The notes: generated by a model from the sequence alone, not told the origin. Positions 9,632 through 19,586 are shown, counted from the first letter of the stretch. The stretch: 64,000 nucleotides of DNA from Bacteriovoracaceae bacterium (GCA_048270185.1 JBLWTJ010000001.1:192001-256000), one strand, 5' to 3'. Translations and numbers: made by a program.

Positions 9632-10604
9632 GCGTGGAATTTCCTTGTGTATTAAATATTTTATTATATCGTGCGCCGATATTATCGTCGCCATTAGTAA
9701 TCATTGCTTCAATAATGGCCATGCGGACATAGATTGAATTTTCAACTTGTTTATGTGCTTTCCAAAGGTTTGAGTTAACAATAGCACTATCAACTTCAAT
9801 CCCAATATTTGCCGGGCCTGGGTGAAAAATTGGGATTTCATATCCTAATTTCTTAATGCGATCTATGTTAATTCCCCAGTCACTATTATAGCTTGTCATA
9901 TCAAATTGATGGCCGTGTCTTTCAGTTTGGATTCTGAGAAGATAAATAGCATCACTTTCTCTTAGACATTGGTCGAGATCAGTCATGACCTTAATATGAT
10001 TTGGAAGATTTTTAGGAATAAATTCCTTTGGTCCACATAAAGTAATTTCAATTCCAAACATTGGCAGTAGATCAATAAGTGAATGAGTTACACGCGAGTG
10101 AGTGCAATCTCCAACGATAGCAATCTTCTTACCTTTTAGATCTCCTGGCCTTTTTACTTTAAATTCTTCCATTAATGTATAGAGATCAAGAAGGGCCTGT
10201 GTCGGGTGTTGATTTGATCCATCCCCACCGTTTATCATCTTAATTGGTGGCCTTTCTTTAAATTCAGTAAGTAGCCCTGAATCCTTTGTTCGCACAATAC
10301 AAATATCAATGCCTTGATAATTCAATGTTAGAAGTGTTTGTTCAAGAGATTCACCTTTTTTAAGAGATGATTTCTCAGCGTCAAAATCAATATGAATACC
10401 TTCAAGTTGTTTGATGGCCATCGTAAATGATAATTTTGTTCTAGTTGAATTTTCGAGAAATGATGTTGCTACAGATATTTTGCGTTTTAGAGGAAGTCTT
10501 GCCGGTGAACCAAGTTTTAGTTCCTGAGATCTTTGGAGGAGTTGCTCAACTTGCTCGCGGTTTAAATCTTCTATTCCTTCCAGAATAGATGGAAATCCAT
10601 TCAT
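9612..10604 (-). CDS. pyrB: Aspartate carbamoyltransferase catalytic subunit
   Basis: ENSTRTKLSF, HPTQALLD, RIQTER, HPGP motifs. Confidence 0.96.
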   Translation of the reverse strand: MNGFPSILEGIEDLNREQVEQLLQRSQELKLGSPARLPLKRKISVATSFLENSTRTKLSFTMAIKQLEGIHIDFDAEKSSLKKGESLEQTLLTLNYQGIDICIVRTKDSGLLTEFKERPPIKMINGGDGSNQHPTQALLDLYTLMEEFKVKRPGDLKGKKIAIVGDCTHSRVTHSLIDLLPMFGIEITLCGPKEFIPKNLPNHIKVMTDLDQCLRESDAIYLLRIQTERHGHQFDMTSYNSDWGINIDRIKKLGYEIPIFHPGPANIGIEVDSAIVNSNLWKAHKQVENSIYVRMAIIEAMITNGDDNIGARYNKIFNTQGNSTHEESKV

Positions 10605-10700
10605 GACATTCCAGTAGTGCTGAGATACAATATTTTAAAAAAGTGTATTAAATGCAAGGCATCTTGGCCACCAAAAAGATGACTAAAATGACGACTTTTT

Positions 10701-11750
10701 TTGACAAGACCAAAAGAGACTAAAGTGGCTAATTTTACAGCAAATTTTAAAGAAATTCATAATAAGACTCAGCTTGAGGCCCTAAAGAATGAAATCAAAG
10801 GAAATCTCTTTGAATTCCTTGTTGCTAAAGAGATCTCTAGTATAAATAAGATTGAGGCCAACTTTCATCGCAATCTCAATCCATCTTTACTCGCTATGAT
10901 GCGAGATTATGAACTTTGGTTGAGACAGCATGATCGCAATCTCTTATCTAAGCTTCCAGTCCTGGCCAAAGCCTGTGCTGAAAAAATTAATAATCAATTT
11001 GATTGCCCTTTAACTAATATTACTGTTGTAGGAAAATTAAGTGATCACGATATAAAAAACTTCCTTCATGAAGCTGATATCGTTGTTCAAATGGAATCAA
11101 AGGTTATTCCAATTAGTCTAAAACTTGTAAAGTCTGGTGCTAATATTACAACGAAGTCGGCAGGGGCCAAGAGTATATTTCATAAATACTTCAAAGACTT
11201 TAAAGAAATTGACTTCATTCAGAATACATTAAATGAATATATTGACCAAGAATTTGATCGCTTTGCTCGTGGCCTATATGAAAGGCGAGGACTTGATTAT
11301 AATGGACGTTTTGACTCTCTGTGGACTGAAACTCACTTACCGGGAGAATTAGAAGGCAAGGATCGCGAAGATCTTTACTCTCTTTATCGCTCACTCATAA
11401 AGCACTACCATGATATCTTCACAAAACTCTTAGCGCAGGATCAATCTTTATTTATCAGTAGTATTCTTCCTCTAATGGGACTGGGGAATAAAGATGTTGT
11501 ACAGGGGATTTGTTTTTATAAACATGGGAGCTATGATTTGGATTACTCTCACGTCGTAAACTATACAAAAATGAACGATATTAGAATTTGTGCTCTTAAT
11601 CCTGATATATCTTCTTTTAATATCATCATTGGTGAGGATTCTTTACAGATCCGTGTAAAGCCCATGAATAAATTTAGTGCTCCTTCTTATAAGATTAACT
11701 GTTCGATGAAGTTTGCAAAAGACAATGAAAAAAAGGAAAGAAATGTTTGA
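10701..11750 (+). CDS. PD-(D/E)XK nuclease-like protein resembling HaeIII-family restriction endonucleases
   Basis: KGNLFE..., EADIVV...ISLK and C-terminal LQIRVK...PSYKIN motifs. Start codon uncertain. No methyltransferase nearby. Confidence 0.55.
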   Translation: MTRPKETKVANFTANFKEIHNKTQLEALKNEIKGNLFEFLVAKEISSINKIEANFHRNLNPSLLAMMRDYELWLRQHDRNLLSKLPVLAKACAEKINNQFDCPLTNITVVGKLSDHDIKNFLHEADIVVQMESKVIPISLKLVKSGANITTKSAGAKSIFHKYFKDFKEIDFIQNTLNEYIDQEFDRFARGLYERRGLDYNGRFDSLWTETHLPGELEGKDREDLYSLYRSLIKHYHDIFTKLLAQDQSLFISSILPLMGLGNKDVVQGICFYKHGSYDLDYSHVVNYTKMNDIRICALNPDISSFNIIIGEDSLQIRVKPMNKFSAPSYKINCSMKFAKDNEKKERNV

Positions 11751-12690
11751 TATCGTACTTTGTCAAAGAGACTATAAAGAAATTAGTAGTATAGCTCAAA
11801 ACTTTTTTGAGGTTCTAGAGTTTAGTGGAGATGAGCAGTTAAAGGATCTCTTAAATGCCAAGAAGAAGGTTCTTCTTGTGACGGCCAAGTCTAGTGTTGT
11901 GCCGGATCTCTTTAATCTCTATAATCAAGCAAAAAATGGAAATTGTGAATATTACTATCTCTCTCGTTTAAATCTCAATCTTGATGAATTAGAGTCTTGT
12001 GAGAAATTCTTCCCGGAAGTAAATGATATAAGTGTCTGCGCTGACTACTATAGCGCCAGCGGAGTTTTCTTTATTGATACAATCGATCCCGTTGGAATGC
12101 CTAATTTTAAAAAAGATATCATGCCAATATTAAAGTCTTATGTTGATTTTAAAGAATACAAGGCCGCACTTTTCCTCGATCGCGATGGCGTTTTAAATAT
12201 TGACCATTCCTATGTTCATAAAATTGATGATCTTGAGCTTGTTGATGGTGCATATGATTTTCTTCTTCATGATTTTAATCGTGAACGCATTAAAATTGTT
12301 GTGACAAATCAATCAGGTGTTTCTAAGGGAATGTTTGAATACCAGGAAGTGGAAAATTTCAATGCTGAGTTGAATAAGTGTTTAAGTCATCTCATTGATG
12401 CCTTCTATATTGCTCCTTTTGAATTTACCAAGGGGGTAGGTCAGTACAAGTATCACTCTTTACTTAGAAAGCCGCACCCTGGGATGATCTTCATGGCCTG
12501 CTATGATTTTCCAATTGATCTTTCAACATCATACTTAGTTGGAGATAAGGCCAGTGACGATCTTAATTATGAACTTCTTCAGACTGTTCATTTAAGTGGT
12601 AAGTATGATCTTTCTCGTTGTAAACGAGTTGCTTCAGATTTTGAAGAAGTAATAAAAATTGCCAGCTTATTGCCAAATAAGACAAATTGA
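11743..12690 (+). CDS. gmhB: HAD-IIIA phosphatase (GmhB-like) with an N-terminal extension of about 140 aa
   Basis: FLDRDGVLN, VTNQSG, RKPHPGM, VGDKASD motifs. ATG 11743 overlaps the upstream stop. Confidence 0.8.
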   Translation: MFDIVLCQRDYKEISSIAQNFFEVLEFSGDEQLKDLLNAKKKVLLVTAKSSVVPDLFNLYNQAKNGNCEYYYLSRLNLNLDELESCEKFFPEVNDISVCADYYSASGVFFIDTIDPVGMPNFKKDIMPILKSYVDFKEYKAALFLDRDGVLNIDHSYVHKIDDLELVDGAYDFLLHDFNRERIKIVVTNQSGVSKGMFEYQEVENFNAELNKCLSHLIDAFYIAPFEFTKGVGQYKYHSLLRKPHPGMIFMACYDFPIDLSTSYLVGDKASDDLNYELLQTVHLSGKYDLSRCKRVASDFEEVIKIASLLPNKTN

Positions 12691-12722
12691 GTCAAAATTC
12701 CTCTATGTAAAAGGAATTACAT

Positions 12723-13121
12723 ATGAAAATGAACTTATTGGGCCTATTTGGTCTCTTTACTATATTTACTATACTATATCCAAGCTCGGTCTTTGCACGT
12801 GAGCTTAATTCAAAAGAAATCGAACTTGAGTCTAAGGCGCAGCTCTTAAAGCAACTCAATGAAGAGTATGTTTCGCGCTTTGATATTAAGGATCTGCCTT
12901 TATCAAAGTATCTCTCATTTGTTATCTTAAAAAATGGTTGTGCCCCTTTTTATCAAACGATTGAAGAGATTCGATTAGAAGATGAGAGTTTTCCTGATAA
13001 GAGTGCGCAGCTCGATCAACAATATCATCTTTGTCACAAATCAAATATGGCCTTAAAGGAATTTAATCCTGATGATGTCGATTCTTCTGAGACACTACAG
13101 CGCTTAAGCAATGAGCACTAG
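12723..13121 (+). CDS. Exported hypothetical protein
   Basis: Signal peptide ending VFA; SD AAGGA; two Cys. Confidence 0.7.
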   Translation: MKMNLLGLFGLFTIFTILYPSSVFARELNSKEIELESKAQLLKQLNEEYVSRFDIKDLPLSKYLSFVILKNGCAPFYQTIEEIRLEDESFPDKSAQLDQQYHLCHKSNMALKEFNPDDVDSSETLQRLSNEH

Positions 13122-14076
13122 TTCTGTTAAGTATAAAGTCTATCTGGTTTCAAGTAATAATCCATATGTAAATTTGGCATTTGAAGATCACCTTCTGCGA
13201 ACTCATATTGCAAGCAAGAGTAATGCTCAGATTCTCATTCTTTGGCAGAGTTCTCCTAGTATTGTGATGGGAAAATTTCAAAACCCATGGCTTGAATGTC
13301 AGGTGGGTAAAGTAAATGAACTTGGTATCAATCTCGTTAGACGCCAAAGTGGTGGCGGCTGTGTTTACCACGACCTTGGTAATATGAATTACTCATTTAT
13401 TAGTCCCAAGTCAGATTACAATAAATCTCGTAATGCAGGGATTATTGTCGACGCTCTTAAGTCACTTGGTATAAATGCTTTTGAAAATGAAAGACATGAT
13501 TTAAGGGTTATTCACGATAATATCGACTATAAAATTTCTGGGTGCGCCTTTAAAGAAACAAAGCATAGTGCTCTTCATCATGGAACACTTCTAATTAATG
13601 CTGATACGGCCCTTTTAAATGAACTACTGCGTTCTAAGTTTAAGAGTGAGGCTGCCTTGGGGGTAAAATCTGTGCGCTCAAGTGTAACAAACATACAAAA
13701 GCTATTACCAGAGCTCACAAAGGCCAAGCTAACTTCGGCCATTATTAAGTCATTTTCGCCAGATTGTGAAATAGTTGAGATATTTGAGCAGGATATTTGT
13801 ATGATCGAAGGAATGCTTACTAAAGTTGAAGAGCTTAAAAGTTGGCAATGGATCTTAGGCTCCACTCCTAAATTTTCTCTTAATGTTGATGGGATGGAAC
13901 TTACTATAAAGAATGCCAGGGTTATTGCTGTCGATCCTCAAACAGACGAATCAGAGACTTTGATCAATTTAGTAATCGATAAGAAATTTTATGAGCAAGA
14001 AGAAAATCAACTAGGACAATTAAGCTCCTATCAGTCCGACTTTATAAATAAATGTTATAATATCCTCTATATTTGA
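13111..14076 (+). CDS. lplA: Lipoate-protein ligase A
   Basis: NPYVNLAFED, RRQSGGGCVYHDLGN, KISGCA, HHGTLL, SVRSSV motifs. Confidence 0.93.
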   Translation: MSTSSVKYKVYLVSSNNPYVNLAFEDHLLRTHIASKSNAQILILWQSSPSIVMGKFQNPWLECQVGKVNELGINLVRRQSGGGCVYHDLGNMNYSFISPKSDYNKSRNAGIIVDALKSLGINAFENERHDLRVIHDNIDYKISGCAFKETKHSALHHGTLLINADTALLNELLRSKFKSEAALGVKSVRSSVTNIQKLLPELTKAKLTSAIIKSFSPDCEIVEIFEQDICMIEGMLTKVEELKSWQWILGSTPKFSLNVDGMELTIKNARVIAVDPQTDESETLINLVIDKKFYEQEENQLGQLSSYQSDFINKCYNILYI

Positions 14077-14085
14077 TGATTTAAA

Positions 14086-14445
14086 TTGGGGATGAAAATG
14101 CGCGAACGTATCAATCTTATTATCGATGAAACTCTCATTAGTGAGGGAGAAGCAAGTGATTGTATGTATCTTTTAAAGAAGGGATGCCTGGCCGTCTTTA
14201 AGGAAGTTGATGGTGTTCAAAAGCAGATTGGTACAATCTATGAAGGTGAATTCGTTGGGGAAGTTAGCTTTTTAGATAAGAGAAAGCGTTGTGCATCTGT
14301 TAAGGCCATGGTTGAGAGTGAAGTCGAAGTCTTTGATAGTCAAAAATTTCAAGAATTTATCGATTCAAGACCTAAGTGGCTACAAAGTATGATGCGAACT
14401 CTTGCAGATCGTCTACGTTCAACCAATGATAAGATAAAGGTATAA
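14086..14445 (+). CDS. Stand-alone cyclic-nucleotide-binding domain protein
   Basis: EGE...MY...GEVSFLD..RCASV phosphate-binding cassette; no HTH. The true start may be ATG 14092 or 14098. Confidence 0.88.
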   Translation: MGMKMRERINLIIDETLISEGEASDCMYLLKKGCLAVFKEVDGVQKQIGTIYEGEFVGEVSFLDKRKRCASVKAMVESEVEVFDSQKFQEFIDSRPKWLQSMMRTLADRLRSTNDKIKV

Positions 14446-14446
14446 G

Positions 14447-14806
14447 ATGGCAAATCCAACGACAGTCTTTATTAATGAGGGGCAATACTTAATTCGCGAA
14501 GGGGAAGAAAGTAAGGAAATCTATATTCTTGAAGAGGGAACTCTTGGAGTTTATAAAGTTCGCTCAAGTACGGAAGTTAAAATTGGTTCAATCTTTCAAG
14601 GTGAAATGGTTGGAGAGATGAGCTTCTTTGATAATGAGCCTCGAAGTGCAACGATTAAGGCCGAAACAAATGCCAGACTTCTAGTTATTCCATCTGCAAA
14701 GTTTGAACTCTACTTGAAGAAGCAACCAAAGTGGTTCACTGAGCTTTTAGAGACACTCATAGATCGAATAAGAAAGGCTTCCTCAAGAGTTAGACCTGAA
14801 GTTTAA
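14447..14806 (+). CDS. Stand-alone cyclic-nucleotide-binding domain protein (paralogue of the preceding gene)
   Basis: GEMSFFDNEPRSATI motif; no HTH. Confidence 0.88.
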   Translation: MANPTTVFINEGQYLIREGEESKEIYILEEGTLGVYKVRSSTEVKIGSIFQGEMVGEMSFFDNEPRSATIKAETNARLLVIPSAKFELYLKKQPKWFTELLETLIDRIRKASSRVRPEV

Positions 14807-15357
14807 TTTGAATTTCTAAGTCTTCTAAAATTTTCAAAATCTTCTCTTGTCACCTCATTGTCATCAATTGAGAGATGATTAAGAATTGGCAGCATGGCAA
14901 GGACTCGAGGAATTTCGCGAAAGCTATTCTTATCAAGATTTATACGTTTCAAATTCTTAAGCCATTCAAATTCATTTGGTAATTCATGCAGGTTATTTCC
15001 TTGTAATTCGAGGCCTTCAAGATTTTCTAGCTCACATATCCAATGTGATATCGAATGTAGGTCACAATAAGCAAGTTTTAAATGTTTGAGTTTGGATGGG
15101 CCATTAATTACTAATTCATTGATATTTGTTATTCCACTTAATTTTAAAATTTCTAATTGATTAAGATTAGTCATCTCAAAGCGGCATGCACTTTGTGCAT
15201 TAATACTTAAATTAGTGAGTTTACTAAGGCTTGCAAGATCTCCCGTAATTGTAATCGGGTGCTTTGCCATAATCTCAAGAAGTCTAATCTCAAGATTTAG
15301 GTCTGTGATCTCATTGATATTGAGATGAGTTTGTTTCTTCGTAGGCTTAACTAGCAT
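14803..15357 (-). CDS. Leucine-rich repeat protein
   Basis: LxxLxLxxNxLxxLP repeats, e.g. LEGLELQGNNLHELP and LKRINLDKNSFREIP. Confidence 0.88.
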   Translation of the reverse strand: MLVKPTKKQTHLNINEITDLNLEIRLLEIMAKHPITITGDLASLSKLTNLSINAQSACRFEMTNLNQLEILKLSGITNINELVINGPSKLKHLKLAYCDLHSISHWICELENLEGLELQGNNLHELPNEFEWLKNLKRINLDKNSFREIPRVLAMLPILNHLSIDDNEVTREDFENFRRLRNSN

Positions 15358-15386
15358 ATTCTAATTTTAACACAAATTAGAAATGA

Positions 15387-15731
15387 CTAAAGGTATTGAA
15401 TGAATTTATTATTTTCGTCCACAAGGATCTGCTTTGGATGAATATCTTTCTTATCAGTCATTTGAAAACCAATAATGATAACTTCATGACCTTCATTGAT
15501 AAGATGAGCTGCTGCACCGTTTAAGCAGATTTCTCCTGAACCGCGCTCTCCCTTAATTACATAAGTCTCAAGTCGAGCACCGTTTGTATTTGATACAATA
15601 AGAACTTTTTGTCCTGGCCACAAGTCAACCATCTCTAAGAGCTCTTCATCAATTGTAATTGAGCCAATATAGTTTAGGTCTGCCTGAGTAACACGGGCCT
15701 TGTGAATTTTTGATTGAAGCATTTCGCGCAT
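15387..15731 (-). CDS. panD: Aspartate 1-decarboxylase
   Basis: SKIHKARVT, YIG-SITID autocleavage site, NGARLETY, NGAAA. Confidence 0.96.
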   Translation of the reverse strand: MREMLQSKIHKARVTQADLNYIGSITIDEELLEMVDLWPGQKVLIVSNTNGARLETYVIKGERGSGEICLNGAAAHLINEGHEVIIIGFQMTDKKDIHPKQILVDENNKFIQYL

Positions 15732-15812
15732 ATACGCTTTTTATCAAATAACTTAAGGCCCGCCAACGAAAATTTTTACTAGCGAAACACTTTCATTCTT
15801 AGTCAGTACTTT

Positions 15813-17024
15813 TTATTTGGTTTCAGGTCCTGGAATTCCTAAAAAATAGAGAATTGAGGTCATAGGGCCAAAACTCATATTATTTTGAGCATTTTTACGC
15901 ACAATGTCTTTTGCGTGAAAGGCAATACCGAGTCCTGCTTGAGCGAGCATTGGGAGATCATTTGCTCCATCTCCAATGGCCACAACTTGTTCAAGAGAAA
16001 TTCCTTCTTGCTGAGCAATGAGGTTAACTAAAACGGCCTTTTGTTCAGCATTAACAATTGTCCCTTTTACTTTTCCTGTTAATTCACCGTCTATGATTTC
16101 AAGTTCATTGGCAAAAGCGTAATCGAGGTCTAGTTTCTCTTTTAGGTGATTGGCAAAGTATGTAAATCCCCCTGAGATCAAAGCGACTTTATAACCATAC
16201 TTCTTTACTGTTTTGATAAAGTCTTCTACACCGTCTGTCAGTGGAAGTTTTGCTGCAATGTCAGATAGAGTTGATTCTTTAAGACCTTTTAAGTGGCCGA
16301 CTCTCTCGATTAGAGATTGGTTGAAATCAAGTTCACCGTTCATGGCCCTTTCTGTAATCTCACTGACCTTGGCCCCTATTCCGTGTACATGGGCAAGTTC
16401 ATCGATGACCTCTGCTTGAATGAGAGTTGAATCCATGTCAAAAACGATAAGCCTTTTTGAGCGGCGATAGACATCATCGCGAATGAAGGCAATATCGGTA
16501 CTATGCTCATTGCTAATAGTTAGAAGCTCTGACTTAACTTCATCAAGGCCACTTGGATCTGGCACATCAGTTAAAACTTCAAGGGAATTAAAGCCCTCTT
16601 TTGAAACGTTATCAATACGATAAATATTAATTCCATGATTGGCCAAGGATTGGGCCACATGGGAGATAAAGCCTGCAGAGATTTTCTTTGGTGCAACACA
16701 ATTTAAAATGAAGCTATTATAAGGAGTCTTGTACTTAGTGATCCCTTGAATGATTGAATACTCTAGCCTTAGTCCGAGTTCATGGGCCTCAAATAAGAGG
16801 TCTTTTAGTACTGTTTGATTGCTTGTCTTATCACTACTGATTTTAATAACAAAAGATAGAGATAGAAGATTGTGAGTAATGGCCTGGTTTATATCAGTGA
16901 TATCTGAGTTATTATCATTAATGATCTTCATCAGACGAGCAGTAATTCCTGGCCTATCTTCACCTGATACGGTGATTATTATTTCTTTAAATACTTTAGC
17001 ATTTGTTTGTGAATTATCTTCCAT
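15813..17024 (-). CDS. serB: Phosphoserine phosphatase with ACT domains
   Basis: GEDRPGI ACT motif; FDMDSTLI, SGGF, GDGANDL HAD motifs. Confidence 0.95.
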   Translation of the reverse strand: MEDNSQTNAKVFKEIIITVSGEDRPGITARLMKIINDNNSDITDINQAITHNLLSLSFVIKISSDKTSNQTVLKDLLFEAHELGLRLEYSIIQGITKYKTPYNSFILNCVAPKKISAGFISHVAQSLANHGINIYRIDNVSKEGFNSLEVLTDVPDPSGLDEVKSELLTISNEHSTDIAFIRDDVYRRSKRLIVFDMDSTLIQAEVIDELAHVHGIGAKVSEITERAMNGELDFNQSLIERVGHLKGLKESTLSDIAAKLPLTDGVEDFIKTVKKYGYKVALISGGFTYFANHLKEKLDLDYAFANELEIIDGELTGKVKGTIVNAEQKAVLVNLIAQQEGISLEQVVAIGDGANDLPMLAQAGLGIAFHAKDIVRKNAQNNMSFGPMTSILYFLGIPGPETK

Positions 17025-17035
17025 GAAAATTCCTT

Positions 17036-17686
17036 TTATTTGCGTCTACTCTTTCTAACTTCTGCAATTTTCTTTAGAAGCCCGAAGGTATAGACCATGG
17101 CAGAGAAAATAGAAAATACAAATGAGACATAAATTAAGATTGTTCCTACTAGTGGATAGGAAAAGCCCCACGGTTTATCCCATGCCATAAGCATTGGAAT
17201 GGCCATCATTTGTAATGTAGTTTTCCACTTTCCGAGATTATTAACACTTACCTTCAATCCTTTTTCCATGGCAAGAAGGCGAAGTGCAGTCATATACATT
17301 TCTCTAAGCACAAGGACAATAACGACGATGACATTAATGCGCTCTAGTGATTGGAGTAGAATAAGAGAAGAGACAACTAAGAATTTATCTGCAATCGGAT
17401 CAAGGAAAGATCCAAAAACTGTAACAATATTTCTCTTTCTTGCGATGTATCCATCAAAGAAATCTGTTACTGAAGCAAGGACAAAAGTCCAAGCAGCAAT
17501 ATAGCCGAGTGTTTTAGTCGTTGCTTGAAAAATATTTTCTTCAAATAGACATAGATATAAAGTCAGACAAATAACAGGAATGAGGGCCACCCTGAAAACT
17601 GTTAGCCTATTAGGTAGATTATCAATCTCCCATTCGCTTAAAATTTCTTTTTCTGTGACACTAATTTGATTTTTATTTTCTGACAT
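17036..17686 (-). CDS. pgsA: CDP-diacylglycerol--glycerol-3-phosphate 3-phosphatidyltransferase
   Basis: NLPNRLT, TDFFDGYIAR...GSFLDPIADK, GKWKT motifs. Confidence 0.95.
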   Translation of the reverse strand: MSENKNQISVTEKEILSEWEIDNLPNRLTVFRVALIPVICLTLYLCLFEENIFQATTKTLGYIAAWTFVLASVTDFFDGYIARKRNIVTVFGSFLDPIADKFLVVSSLILLQSLERINVIVVIVLVLREMYMTALRLLAMEKGLKVSVNNLGKWKTTLQMMAIPMLMAWDKPWGFSYPLVGTILIYVSFVFSIFSAMVYTFGLLKKIAEVRKSRRK

Positions 17687-17723
17687 AATTACTCAAAGAA
17701 AGATTTTCCTATTTATTAAACTT

Positions 17724-17751
17724 TAAACCTTACGGCCATAAACGTCTATAA
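17724..17751 (+). promoter_or_regulatory. Possible sigma28 (FliA)-like promoter of the PilZ gene
   Basis: TAAAC-N15-GTCTATAA, same spacing as the other candidates in the window. Confidence 0.4.
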
Positions 17752-17797
17752 TAATTAACATAAATTCTAAAAAACAAAATAAAGGATAAGTAGTCTC

Positions 17798-18517
17798 ATG
17801 AAGAAGCATCTCAATCTAATCAAAACTGGTCATCAATCTATTGAAAAGCGTGTTTTTCCTCGTTTTCCTTTCAGTTACTTAGTTTTTAAAAGAGATGATA
17901 ACTCGATGAATTATCAAGTTAGAGATATTTCATACGGAGGAATGAGTCTAACTCTCAATGATGAGAGTGAACATGCCAAAATGGAAGATGAATTCTCTGG
18001 TGAGATCCATTGGTATGATCAAAAAGTAAATGTGAAATGCAAAGTGAAGCGTGTTGAAAAAGATAATCTTGGCCTTGAGTTCATTAAGGATGATATCTTT
18101 GATAAAACGCTACTCAACTTCCTGTCTGTTTCTAATGTATCGAGAAATCTAAGGCCAATCCATGAGTACGATGAGCAACTTGAGCTTCCAGTAGGACTTA
18201 AGACATGGCTTCGTTGTGATGGGCCGTTTGAAATCTTTGTTTGGCATCATCGAGATGGAGAAATATCTAAAATTCAAATTCTCATGATGAATTCAATTCT
18301 TGAATGGACTGATGGTGAAGGCCTACAGACTGGGAAAGTATTGAATGTGAGAAGCTCTGACAAGCCACTTACACATGAAGAAGAATTTGAATTCTTAATT
18401 GACTCACCACTAGATCATGAAAAGCTTGATTTTGCTAAAGAGTTAATTAATCACATCCCTGAAAGTTTAATTTCAGAAACTGATCTGCAGTTCTTAACGC
18501 GAAAGATCATTGGTTAG
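17798..18517 (+). CDS. PilZ domain protein (putative c-di-GMP receptor)
   Basis: RVFPR (RxxxR) and DISYGG (DxSxxG) motifs. Confidence 0.88.
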   Translation: MKKHLNLIKTGHQSIEKRVFPRFPFSYLVFKRDDNSMNYQVRDISYGGMSLTLNDESEHAKMEDEFSGEIHWYDQKVNVKCKVKRVEKDNLGLEFIKDDIFDKTLLNFLSVSNVSRNLRPIHEYDEQLELPVGLKTWLRCDGPFEIFVWHHRDGEISKIQILMMNSILEWTDGEGLQTGKVLNVRSSDKPLTHEEEFEFLIDSPLDHEKLDFAKELINHIPESLISETDLQFLTRKIIG

Positions 18518-18603
18518 AACCTTTTTATTTTAAAAGGACGCTTTTCAATTGGGAATTAACTTCTTAAAATATAGCTAAATATTTTAAATTAAAAGGATTC
18601 CCA

Positions 18604-19557
18604 ATGAATAGAAATCTCGCTTTAGAATTTGTAAGAGTAACAGAAATGGCCGCTATCAATAGTGCTAGGCTTATGGGACGTGGTGATGAAAAAGCCGCTG
18701 ATCAAGCGGCCGTTGATGCCATGAGAACAATGCTTGACTCAGTTGACTGTAAGGCAACAGTTGTTATCGGTGAGGGAGAGCGTGATGAAGCTCCAATGCT
18801 CTACATTGGTGAAGAAGTTGGCTCTGGTAATGGACCGGAACTTGATATTGCTCTTGATCCACTAGAAGGAACTACTGTTTGTGCAAATGGTGGTTGGAAC
18901 TCAATTGCGGTAATGGCCATTGCTGAAAAAGGTAACTTCTTAAATGCTCCTGATACATATATGGAAAAGATCGCTGTTGGCCCTGAAGGCCGTGGCCTTA
19001 TCAATATTGACGATACTCCAGCAGAAAACTTAAAGAGACTTGCTGAAGCTAAGAAATGTCGTATTCAAGATTTAACAGCAGTTATTCTTGATCGTCCTCG
19101 TCATGAAGAATTAATCAGACAAGTAAGAGATGCCGGTGCTCGTATCCAACTTATTGGAGATGGCGATGTTTCAGCTGCAATTGCTTGTAGTGAACCAGAT
19201 TCTGGTATTGATATTCTCTTTGGTATTGGTGGTGCTCCTGAGGGCGTAATCGCTGCCGCTGCACTTAGATGTACTGGTGGTGACTTCCAAGGAAGATTAA
19301 AACCAAGAAATAATGAAGAAATTGAGCGCGCTAAGAAAATGGGTATTAACGATATTAATAAAGTTTATGCAATTGATGAACTTGCAGCAGGCCCTGTCAT
19401 GTTTTGTGCAACAGGTGTAACGGATGGCCACTTCTTAAATGGTGTTAAATTTAAATCATGGGGAGCGGTGACGGAATCAATTGTTATGAGAAGTCAGTCG
19501 GGTACAATTAGAAGAATAACTGCTGAACACAGATTTGATACTAAACCACGCTACTAA
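18604..19557 (+). CDS. glpX: Fructose-1,6-bisphosphatase class II
   Basis: VIGEGERDEAPML, DPLEGT, DGDV, GGAPEGV motifs. Confidence 0.97.
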   Translation: MNRNLALEFVRVTEMAAINSARLMGRGDEKAADQAAVDAMRTMLDSVDCKATVVIGEGERDEAPMLYIGEEVGSGNGPELDIALDPLEGTTVCANGGWNSIAVMAIAEKGNFLNAPDTYMEKIAVGPEGRGLINIDDTPAENLKRLAEAKKCRIQDLTAVILDRPRHEELIRQVRDAGARIQLIGDGDVSAAIACSEPDSGIDILFGIGGAPEGVIAAAALRCTGGDFQGRLKPRNNEEIERAKKMGINDINKVYAIDELAAGPVMFCATGVTDGHFLNGVKFKSWGAVTESIVMRSQSGTIRRITAEHRFDTKPRY

Positions 19558-19586
19558 TACATAGTTTAAAACAAGGAAGTTGAAAA

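Noticed and set aside
9612..9694. Programmed frameshift joining PyrB to CarAB (CAD-like) through the 83-nt double-open overlap
   Set aside because: An ATG at 9631 with an SD-like AAGGA explains it as ordinary coupling, and I saw no convincing slippery site.
12660..12675. Sigma54-like TGCCAGCTTATTGC upstream of 12723
   Set aside because: It lacks the invariant GG at -24.
14015..14042. Sigma28-like -10 elements (TCCGACTT here, TCCGATAA near 33288)
   Set aside because: No -35 element at the spacing seen in the better candidates.
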